Shown: in pieces, positions 20,043 through 30,513 of the stretch
Position numbering within the stretch: the first letter of the stretch is position 1
How the letters are laid out: every line of letters starts with the position of its first letter
Source of the DNA: Azolla caroliniana
Lineage: Eukaryota > Plantae > Polypodiophyta
Direction of reading: 5' to 3'
Length of the DNA stretch: 64,000 bases
Assembly (NCBI GenBank): GCA_043228905.1
Contig: JBHGNT010000005.1
Coordinates: 14,260,001-14,324,000, forward strand
Translations under genes and position numbers: made by a program
Notes under the pieces: generated by a model
The model's input: the letters and a program-made list of their open reading frames with translations, nothing else
Databases searched by the model: none
What the model was told of the DNA's origin: nothing

Positions 20043-23000
20043 TTTAACACCGACTCACACACACACACTCACACACACACAGGCCAACCCGACTCACACC
20101 CTTAAGTACAGAAAATGCAGGAAGGGGGAAGCAACCGACACCAACGAAGACGCGAATATACACAGACAGACGCAAACGTATATATATATATAAAGAAGAA
20201 TACATTCCCGACGTCGAGCCGGACCGAGGTAGGTTACAGTGGTCGTCAGCTGCCAAGCCGTCAGTCGGGGAGCTCACAGGCTCGTCGCGCCGAGCGGGGT
20301 CTTGCGTAGGAGATGAGCTGAAGCAAACCCTAAGCGAACACGAAGGGGGAGAAGAAGAAGAAACTAACTCTAAACCTAACGGTATACCCTCTAATGCAAA
20401 ATGGGCAACCCTTTCACAAAGGGCGTTCCCTTCCTTTTATAGAACAAGGACAGGGATGCGTTACAATGTGGGATAAACCCCGACTTACATGGGACCGTTC
20501 GTCCCGACTTGACTACTCTTCAGCGCCATAAAGGTGCCCTCGTTATTCACACTAAATGTACATGGGTGCGTACACACGCTGCACCCCGTCGATGTAGCCA
20601 ATGTTTCCCGGTTTCCGCCTCTCGCCGAAATTCTTCAGGACATCCGCCCCCACCTAACCGCACATCCACCGGTATGTGCCAAGTCGGGTTGAAGGGTGAG
20701 AGATTTCGGCCGGTGAGAAACCGGTCTTCCGTGATCCACATCCCGGCTCGCTGCCGGTTTGATCCGTCGGCTTCGATTCTTCCTTCGCGCTTACCTCCCC
20801 GTAGGCTCGTTCGACCCGTCAATGGGTCCTCTGTCGCAATCTCCGTAGTACGCGTACTTTCGCTGGCCCTTGTTCGGCCGTATGAACGCCCCGCTCCCAT
20901 CGTATGCCCTTGTCCTCTCGCCGCCACCTTCCTTCTCCATGGTCTTACGGTGTGGAGGATCCCTTTTCGGTCTTCTCCGCGCTCGCCTTCCCGCTCCGGC
21001 ACCTCCGTGTGCCACATACCCTCATCCGTTGTTTGGCATTGCCCGTATCGTACCCCGGTTCATTGCACGCCTTGTCGGCCCCTTTTCCAGCCAGATCGTG
21101 CATCGCCGCTCCCCACATACTGGTGTCCTTTGCATCCGAGGAACACCCCGTAGTAGCCCACATGGCCCTTCCCGTCTTCGTGCTACTGCAACAGGTCCTG
21201 AGTCTTCCGTTTGCCGTCATCCCCTCGCCCCCACCAGCTTGTCATCCCGGCTTGCTGTGTCAGTCTTCGCTACTTCGACGGAGCTATCGAGATCTACGAA
21301 GCGAGTGTGGAGGATCCTCCTCCGGCCTCTCTTGCCATCCCCTGACTCCGACCCTGTGCAGTCCACTAGGCACTTGTCACCTCGTTCCCGACACCTCCCT
21401 TGTGCCGTCTTCCGCTTCCTTCGTTTGGCCCCGCCCGCGCCGAACATTGTCCCGTAGTCACGCTTCGATCCGGCCCGCGATGGCCACTTGCGAGACTCTT
21501 GTTCTGTCCCAGGTGTGCCTTTCCGGCCTGACACACCTCCCCGTGTTTGCCCCTACCGGCTCCTTCTGAAACCTCGTGTCGTTGGGTCCCATTCCCTGCC
21601 GCCACCGTCCTTCTCCATCGGTCTTACGTTGCCGCGTTGGCCGATCAGCCGGGGTCTCCGGATCGGTGTGAGGGTCCCATAGGACCGGACTCCGTTTCTA
21701 TGCTTGCTGAAATTCGGGTGTCTTTTGTTTGAGTCCCTCCCGGACTCTCCTCATGTCTTCCACGTAGTCGGGTCCCATTTCCCGCCGCCACCAACCTTCT
21801 CTCTCGGTCTCATGTTGCCACATTGGCCGAACTACCGGAGTCTCCGGTTAAGTGTGGGGATCCCGTAGGACCGGACTTCCTTACGCCCTTGCCTTCGTCA
21901 CCTCGCCGCCACCGTCAATATCTTGGTCTTACGTCGACCACGTTGCCGACTGCCGAAGTCTCTAGAACCAGTGTGAAGGATCCTCCGTACACCGCCCATC
22001 CGTAGCCCCTTTGCCTTCATCACCTCGCCGCCACCGTCAGTATCTTGGTCTTACATCGACCGCGTTGCCGATTGCCGAAGTCTGTAGAACCGGTGTGAAG
22101 GATCCTCCGTGGGCCTCCGATCCGTAGCCCTTCTTGACCCTGTCCCGGGTCGTCCTTTTCCGCATGCCGAGAGGGCGTTTTGTTCCGCACCCTCTCCCGT
22201 GGTACCGACGTACCGTGTCCTCGGCCTCTTCGTAGGCCAGCTCTCTTCCTCCCTCCCGGAATGGTCATCCGGGAGTCCGCTCCGCCCGGTTCTCGCTCGG
22301 GTCCGTTCGTCATTCTCCGGATTGCTGAGTCTCGTTCTCCTATCGCCACCGATCTCTCTTATAGGACTCACGCCGGCACTCGGGCCGGCAGCCGGATTGG
22401 TGTAAGGAACTCCATAGGACCGGCTTTCATTCTCCTTCCAACTCTCGACCTTTGCCCGGTCGGTCTTTCTCCCCATGTAAAAGAGGGCAGCTCGTCCCGC
22501 ACCCCCTTCCGTATCGGCACTTTCACGCCGAATCCGGCCCCGATTGAACGATCCACGACCGGATCACGCTCCACCCGTATCAGAATGCCGATCTCCTCGT
22601 GCCGCGTCCGTCCTCGGCCTCCTCATAGGCCGTTTCCCATCCATCTTCGTTGGCATCGTGCCAGGACTCCTCGGTACCGCCATCCATCTCCTCGGTCTTA
22701 CATGGGCATACGGGCCCGAATGCCGAGTTCTCCGGAATCGGGTCCATGGGCTTTCGTCTGTTCCTTCCCCGTATCATCTCGCCGGTGATTCTTGGCCTTT
22801 TGCCGCCGCCTTCCTCCGCTTGGGACTCACGTGGGCACTCGGGCCCGACTGCCATCGTCTCGGGAGCAACTGTGGGAAGACACAAAGAATCGCCCGTCCG
22901 TTTTATGCCCTTGTCCGTAGCCACCGACTCTTCGTGGTCGGCGGTCGTCTTCTTAACGATCGCGCAAGCCCCGTCTGGGCTTGCTTCTCCAATGACCAGG

Positions 23001-24126
23001 AACTCGGGCTGACACGCCCGAAACCGCTGGTCCCAACGTTCCGGTTCCGCGATCTATATCTTGGCCTCGTCCTTGGCCATTCTATCTCCACAAGTCGAGA
23101 GGGCGTTTCATTCCGCACCCCCTCCCGTGGTACCGTCGTACCGATCTTCCGCCGTCGCGTGGGGCAAGTCCGTCTTCTCAGTCTCGGCTTGCGGCCTCCG
23201 TCTTTCCTCTTCCTCGAGCATCGCCTCGAGAGCTGCGTACGCCTCCGCAATCCTGGCCCCAACGCCGACCCTTGCCGACTCTCTTTGTCGTTCGGCCTCT
23301 TCCCACTGTGATGGCACGCCGTCGCGTACCTTCCTCTTAGCCTTCTCGGCTCGCTCGTTGTCTAGCCGTTGGCACACCCTTCCGACCTTCGGCCAGTCCT
23401 CCGTAAGCCCATTCGCTCCATCATCGTCTTCGAGCTCAATCCCGATGGCCTCCCGTTCCGCTCGATCGATCGACCTGATGAACAATAGGACCTTGTCCGC
23501 CCCCACCAAACCTTGTTCCCGCTCCGGGAGCCGAGCAAGCCGCCGCTCAAACTCTCGAAACGCCTTGGCAACGCCCCGGTGGGTCTTTGCCGATGCTACC
23601 CACTGGTCAAAGTCGTGTCGTCCCCGGCTCTTCCGCCGTCCTCCGTATGCCTTCAGGAGCGCCTCTTCGAAGGCCTCCCACGAACTATGAGCCTCACAGA
23701 GCTCCTTTATTCCCGCATGCATCCGGACAGCCACGACCCGACAGAAGAACTCCAGCCTTAACGTCTCGTCTACGCCACGCTCCTCCATTTCCGCATTGTA
23801 GGCTTCCAAGTAAGATGGGACTTTGTCCCCGTTGAAACGGCCGACTCTTTCGACCACTCGCTCAGCCGCTTGTTGCGCTGCTTCTCGCCTCATCACCACT
23901 CGTGCCGACTCCAACACTACTTTGGCCACCATCTCCGCAAGGTCGTCGTCTTCTGACTCCATCCTCCCTTGCCGCCTTTCACGTCGGGTTCACCAAAGAT
24001 GTCGCATTTTTACGCGCGTGCGTGGAGAAAGGCGGGACCACGGGGGTCTTGGACTAGGGAGTGATGGAGCGTAGGAAGTCGTGCTTCACCGTCTCCGGGG
24101 CATCCCAGAAGCACACCAGAAGCAAC

Positions 24127-24172
<46 letters not shown>

Positions 24173-24745
24173 ATTTAACATCGACTCACGCACACACACT
24201 CACACACACACAGGCCAACCCGACTCACACCCTTAAGTACAAGAAATGCAGGAAGGGGGACGCACCCGACACCAACAAAGACGCGAATATACATAGACAG
24301 ACGCAAACGTATATATATATATAAAGAAGAATACATTCCCGGCGTCGAGCCGGACCGAGGTAGGTTACAATGGTCGTCAGCTGCCAAGCCGCCGGTCGGG
24401 GAGCTCACGGGCTCGTCGCGCCGAGCGGGGTCTTGCGCAGGAGATGAGCTGAAGCAAACCCTAAGCGAACACGAAGGGGGAGAAGAAGAAGAAACTAACT
24501 CTAAACCTAACGGTATACCCTCTAATGCAAAATGGGCAACCCTTTCACACAGGGCGTTCCCTTCCTTTTATAGAACAAGGACAGGGATGCGTTACAATGT
24601 GGGATAAACCCCGACTTACATGGGACCGTCTGTCCCGACTTGACTACTCTTCGGCGCCATAAAGGCGTCCTCGTTAACACGCTGCACCCCGCCGATGTAG
24701 CCAATGTTTCCCGGTTTCCGCCTCTGGCCGAAATTCTTCATGACA
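19859..24745 (-). mobile_element. Non-autonomous gypsy-type element D (LTR-gag-repeats-LTR, TR-GAG-like); TSD ACGT/ACAT
   Basis: LTRs 24000-24745 and 19859-20642, tRNA-Trp PBS 23978-23995, PPT 20643-20654; no PR/RT/RH/INT motifs seen. Confidence 0.9.
23108..23961 (-). CDS. gag: Element D Gag (capsid part, homologous to B/C Gag N-terminus)
   Basis: GRFNGDKVPSYLEAYNAEM, WEAFEEAL, DKVLLFIRSID, LEDDDGANGLTEDW match B/C Gag; no zinc knuckle. Confidence 0.85.
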
Positions 24746-24894
24746 ACATGCCACACTTGAGGGGGAGAACGGGCAAAGACACCGGAACGGGCAAAGGCAA
24801 AGAGACTGTTGATTGTGCTGGTGAGGGAAGAACCGAAAAAGGGGGAGACAAGAAGAAGAAAGGAGCCGAGTCGACAAAGGAAGTTGACACATCC

Positions 24895-27754
24895 TGTAAA
24901 GAATCAAGAGATGGATTCTTGTGAAGCGGAAGAGATGTGAGTTATGTGTGTGTAAGAGAGAGAGAGAGAGAGAGAGAGAAACACAGAGAATATGCAAGGT
25001 AAAAGTCTATTGACAAAGGAGAAAAACTCAACATGATACAAGGTGGGAGGAGGGTGCTTTATTTAGTCACCCTCTCTCTTCATTAACTACAAGCCTCATG
25101 GAGCATGGGGAATGTGAAAGCTCATAAGTTATGTGTCATAGAATATGATTCTATGACTCATACTAAATGCTAGAATACAAAGTGGTGACGTAATGGTGAC
25201 TCTTGACCGTTGGAGTGTCTCTTCACTCTCAAGGTGAGTTCACACACTAGACCAAGTTCAGCTTGATTCTCAACTCGCCCCCTCAAGCTCAAGTCAAGTC
25301 AGTTTCAGACTATATCCGAAATCCGCTTCAACTCGCGTTCTGGAGTCCGCGTCAACTCGTGTCGACTCGCATGTATGCGGAGTTGTGGAATCCGTGCTCC
25401 AGCTTGCGTTGTGCGTAGTTACGAAGTCAATGCTTCGGCTTGCGTGCGTAGTTGTGAAGTCTGTGCTTCGGCTTGCGTCTTTCTTCGCGGCTTTGTTGCG
25501 TGGTTGCGGAATCCATGCGTTATTGCGTAGTGCGCTGTTGCGGAATCTATGCGTTATTGCATAGTGTCTTCAGTACTCCCCCTCAAGCTTGGCAAGTCAG
25601 GGATCGTCAATCCGAGATCGGTCATGAATTGCCATAGCTTGTCGGCTCCTAAGGCTTTAGTGAAGATGTCAGTCGTTTGAAGATTGGTGCTAATGTGTTG
25701 TAGGTCGACATCGCTAGCTAGAACGCGCTCTCGGATGAAGTGATAGTGCACTTCCATGTGCTTTGTCCACGCGTGGAATACCGGGTTCTGAGCCAGATAA
25801 ATACTGCTCATGTTGTCGCAGTAAAGGGGAGTTGGATCCTTGATGGGAACGCCCAAATCCTTCAAAATCCTCTTAAGCCATACGGCTTCACATGCAGTTA
25901 CGGTTGCGCCCCTATATTCCGCCTCCGTACTCGAAAGAGCGACGATAGGCTACTTCTTGCTACTCTAGGATATTGCTCCGCTGCCGAGGGAGAAAACAAA
26001 TCCGAAGGTTGATCTTCTATCGGCTTTGTAGCCGGCCCAATCGGTGTCTGTGTACCGCTCGAGTCGTATTGGCATCACGGTCTTGTAGAGGATGCCGCAA
26101 TCCATTGTGCCGCTCACGTAGCGTAGAACTCGCTTAACGCAATCCAAGTGAGTATCACGTGGTGTTTGCATGAATTGGCTAAGGAGACTGACCGGATAAC
26201 TGAGATCGGGTCGTGTGATCGTGAGGTAGATGAGACTCCCGATGAGTTGTCAATACTAAGTCGGCTCACACGCTTTGGTGCCGGAGTTCGCATCTAGTTT
26301 GAGATTACGATCGAGCGGGGTTGCCACGGATTTGCACTCAGCCATCCTGAACTTGTATAACAAGTTGAGGATGTAGTGCTGTTGAGAGATCATGATTCCG
26401 GCCAGAGTCCGAATTACCTCGATCCCGAGGAAGTAGTGGAGCTCCTTCATGTTCGTCATCTCGAACTTGTCGGAAAGGAGAGATTTGACCTTAGTGATTT
26501 CGGCGAGATGCTCACCTCCAATGACTAGATCATCCACATATAAGATGATGACGATTGGACTTGCGGAATCGCTTCGTATGTAGAGGGAGTTGTCTGATTT
26601 TGACATACGGAAGCCGATTTGATGAAGATATTGCGTTATCTTCGAATGCCAAGCACGCGGTGCTTGCTTGAGGCCGTAGAGTGGCTTCTTGACTCGGCAT
26701 ACGGCTTTTGGATGAGTGCTCGAGTTGAAGCCAGGTGGTTGGATCATGTACACGTCCTCTTCTAATTCGCCTTGTAGAAAGGCGTTCTTGACATCCATTT
26801 GATGGAGGTGCCACCCTTTCGCCGCGGCAATCTATATTACGGTCCGCACTGTCATCATCTTTGCCACCGGGGCAAAGGTCTCTTCGTAGTCGACGCCATG
26901 TGTTTGAGCATATCCTTTCGCTAAGAGTCGAGCTTTGTAGCGGTTTACGGAGCCATCGGCGTTATACTTCACCTTGTAGATACATTTCACCACGGTCAGA
27001 GTTGTGTGCATACATTCCACCACGATCTTCGTAGTCGGAGTTGTGTGCGTAATTCGTGAGTTGTCGGCTTGTGGAAGCCGATTCACGCATCTTCTTTCGG
27101 CACTCTTCTTCATGGTGGCCAAGCTTTCCACAATATCCGCATTCAGTTGCGTTTTGACGGCTCGGGCCAGAGTGGAAGCTCCCCCTTCTTGCGAAGGTTC
27201 CTCATTGGCCTCCGTTTTGTGGCCGAAATTGGGAGTTGTTGTCGTAGGTCGGACCTCGTCCACCTTGTCCTTGGCCGAATCGGCCTCTCGCTCGTCCGCG
27301 TCCTCTTCCTCCATTAGAGTGCGTGTAGAGCATGTGGCCTTCCAACTCATTGCTCCTTGTATGCACATGGTTTTCTTCGACCAATAGCATTGATTGGAGC
27401 TCGAAGAAGGAGGGAGATTTCTCTCGTGCTAGAACGGCGGTTTGCATCACGCCGAACCATGGTGCGAGGCCGCCGAGCTAAAAGTATATTGACAAAGGAG
27501 AAAGACTCAACATGATACAAGGTGGGAGGAGGGTGCTTTATGTAGTCACCCTCTCTCTTCATTAACTACAAGCCTCATGGAGCATGGGGAATGTGAAAGC
27601 TCATAAGTTATGTGTCATAGAATATGATTCTATGACTCATACTAAATGCTAGAATACAAAGTGGTGACATAATGGTGACTCTTGACCGTTGGAGTGTCTC
27701 TTCACTCTCAAGGTGAGTTCACACACTAGACCAAGTTGAGCTTGATTCTCAACA
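24895..27754 (-). mobile_element. Internally deleted Ty1/copia element E; TSD CATCC/CATCT
   Basis: 3' LTR 24895-25275, truncated 5' LTR ~27479-27754; gag fragment (~27000-27450) joined directly to RT. Confidence 0.88.
25554..26985 (-). pseudogene. Copia E RT-RNase H
   Basis: [43 protein letters not shown]. Confidence 0.9.
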
Positions 27755-28257
27755 CATCTGAACAAGTTGGAACAAGTGGCAACAGAGGCAAAGTCAAGAA
27801 GGACAGAGCCGACCAGAAGAAGAAGGCCAAGACCCGGACATGGTCCGATGTGGTGAAGGGCCTAGAACCAGAAGAGGAATCGGGAGCGACCGATTCAGAC
27901 AAGAGCTAGAATGAATCGGAGACAGCCGATTCGGTTCTACACAAGGATTCCGAAGAACCAGATCAATTCAAGGCCAAGAGGACGAGAAGGCAGCGAAAGT
28001 CGACGCCGACACGAAGGAATCAGAGAATCGGCAAGAGCGGAAGTTACAGCAGCGAGGGAGTTGAATTGGGCCTGTTGGGCAGACAAGCCGACCGAGGAGG
28101 TCGAGGTGCTCAGGAACAGAAGGGTCGTGGCAAACGGGACCGGACCGGACGAGTAGCATGAGCGAGGCGGAGTGACGCCAGAACGAGTCAGATGGAAGGA
28201 CCGGTTACCATGGAGACTAACACTACGATCCGACCTCAAGTTGAGCTTGAGGGGGAG

Positions 28258-28673
28258 TGTTGAGCGGCAAGCTCAGCCGGATCCGGATCGGCTGAATAAG
28301 CCTGAGCCGGATCGGTGACCCGGTGAGCAAGTGAGTCGGTGAACTGGGGAGCCGGTTGGCCGAACCCATCAGTAACCGGAAGCCTAGTAGCAGCTAGACT
28401 ACTAGGGAGTTAATAGTCTCGTAGTTAGGGCCAGACGCTCGAATGAGCATTGAAGTACGTTGTACTTCTGTCAGTCCCATGAGGACTTGTACAAATAGTG
28501 CTGTTGAGCACGTTGTAAATATAGAGTGTTGATATAATTTTTGAATTTAGATTCTTGTTCTGCTCTCTCTGTCTCTCCCGAGTATTCTCTGTATTCTGTG
28601 TATTACTCTCTCTCTCTCTCTACTGCTACGCAACCAAGCTGTTGTCTTACGCTTCTGCACATATGCTTCCACA
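28258..28673 (+). repeat. 3' LTR of copia A (416 bp), preceded by PPT GAGGGGGAG
   Basis: TGTTGAG...TCCACA; matches 1-365. Confidence 0.95.
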
Positions 28674-28846
28674 CATACGTAGTAAAATGCGTTCGGAAGC
28701 TCTTGAAGACGTCCATCTTTTCGTACCAAGCCATTAAGCTAATTTAAAATAATTATTTCATTATTTTTCATATTGTGTGTGAAGAACCACACGAAAACGT
28801 TGATGGACCCCAATTCATCACAGATTTCCTTTATTTTGGTGGTGTA

Positions 28847-28980
28847 GTCAGTCACTGACATATCCCTTTGTCGAATATTGTTGAGATCTTGCCAAAGCTA
28901 CAACTTCCGAGCCATGGTACTTGCGAAGAAAATCTTTTTCACATTTTCCTAGGCCTCCTTTGGCGTTTTTGCATTCCCAA
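28847..28980 (-). pseudogene. Copia gag fragment
   Basis: NAKTPKEA*ENVKKI...DLNNIRQRDMSVTDY, homologous to A gag. Confidence 0.7.
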
Positions 28981-28984
28981 AAGC

Positions 28985-30500
28985 ATTCCGCGGAACATTC
29001 GCTCCTCTTCAGGGAGGAGGAAATCCTCCCTTCCAACTCATAGCTTTCCTTTCGTCTCTTCAGTGAAGACATGACCTATTGTCTTCGGATTCCATAAGCT
29101 TGGATCATTCGCAACTTCCTTCATCTTTTGCCAACTATCTTCCGATAGCGGAACCGCAACTGGCTTGATCTTCCTATATTTTGTGTTGACTTCAGCTTCC
29201 TCCATCAAGATGCCTCGATGATATTCATCGATGACAGCGTACATGTTGAAGGAGTTAACCAAAATCACATGTTGATTGCGAAGATAGCTCAAGTTCACGA
29301 CTTCCCCAATTTCACCTATGGTGTCATTAAATGAGGCTTCTTCAAGAATATGAGTCACGAATTCTTCTTCTCCTATTATGCTTTCTTTTTTCAGCACCTT
29401 CTCGAAGTCTTGTATCTAATGCTTGTCCTTCTTGTTGAGTAGTGTTAGTTTACATGCGCCGCTAGGTGTGACACATGTTGCTTCTCCTTGCAATCCACGC
29501 GCTCAGCTTCCTTGTGGGGACTGATGATTGTTCGGACTATTTATGCCTTTTTCTCGCGCTCGAAGATTGCCAGTCAAAACCCAGCTCCTAGCTTGATCGA
29601 TTTTAGATTCTCTCTTCCAACTCATATCCCGTCTTCCTCTTCCACAATCTTTTTCAGCCCGCCTCTTCCGAAGTTCACTCGTAGTGGTTTCAGGGTCTCG
29701 CTCGAGTGGATCATGTTATCATCCAAATAGACAACGTTCTTGCGAATCACGTCTTGCAAGTTAGCGCACTCCCTTCATGAGTGCTCCAAGTTGTCGCACC
29801 ACACACATCTAAACACTTCTTTTCCCTTGGGCCCGCGTCGACCTAAGTTGGCCAGCGATAACGTTTCAAACTTCTTGGAGAGCTCTTTGATTATAGATTC
29901 CTCCATCGCTTTCTTGTCGTAATTGTTGATCGGCTTGTTAGGCTCGATTGTCGTAGGCGCCTTCCTCCTCCATGATTGTGGATTCTCCACATCACTTTCC
30001 TCTAGCTGTCAACGCTTATCAAGACGGCTGCAAGCCTTCTTCACCGTCGCCCAGTCCACGACCAAGCCATTTGGTTGTGTTTCATCCTCCAAAACGCTGC
30101 CCAATTCTCATCGGTCTTTCGTATCCACCGCCTTCGGGAACAAGGGGACTTTATCTCCATCGAGAACTCATTGGTCAGCACTCGGAAGTCAGTCGTACTT
30201 CTGGTCAAATTCCACATATACTCTCGACGCACACAAATTCTTCCCTTTCTTCTCGATCCAAATAATTAGCGTATGCCGAGTCATTCTTGACGCATCCTCA
30301 AGCATGTATTCAGCAAGAAGCACCTTTTTGAACTCCGCCCAAGTTGCATGCTCGTTTTGGATCTCCATGACGCGCTTGCGGATCCCTGGTTCCACCGCAC
30401 GTTTAAAGCTAGAAATTTGTTTCTGATCGTGGACATCCCTTTGCTGCATCTTGTTCTGATAGGTAGTAAGGAAATCCTTGATATTCTTGCCACCAAATCC
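28985..30500 (-). pseudogene. Decayed gag and pol N-terminus of a B/C-related gypsy
   Basis: CVWCDNLEH knuckle; EVNTKYRKIKPVAVPL..DPSL..IGHVFTEET matches the B/C Pol N-terminus. Confidence 0.8.
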
Positions 30501-30513
30501 GTGATGTTCTGAT

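Larger units (their letters stand above)
1..28673 (+). mobile_element. Ty1/copia LTR retrotransposon A (decayed), host to 5 nested insertions; 5' end lies before the window
   Basis: Matching LTRs at 1-365 and 28258-28673, PBS-iMet, PPT, and gag-PR-INT-RT-RH order in fragments that rejoin in frame across each TSD. Confidence 0.95.

Noticed and set aside
20509-23311. 200-255-aa ORFs inside D
   Set aside because: Stop-poor GC-rich repeats open in several frames; no recognisable motifs
24690-24710. GCCGATGTAGCCAATG in the D LTR resembling a tRNA 5' end
   Set aside because: No GG and no downstream B box
25186-25246. A-box-like TGACGTAATGG and GTTCACAC in the copia E LTR
   Set aside because: B box lacks the A58 and C61 equivalents; too weak to count as a fourth cassette
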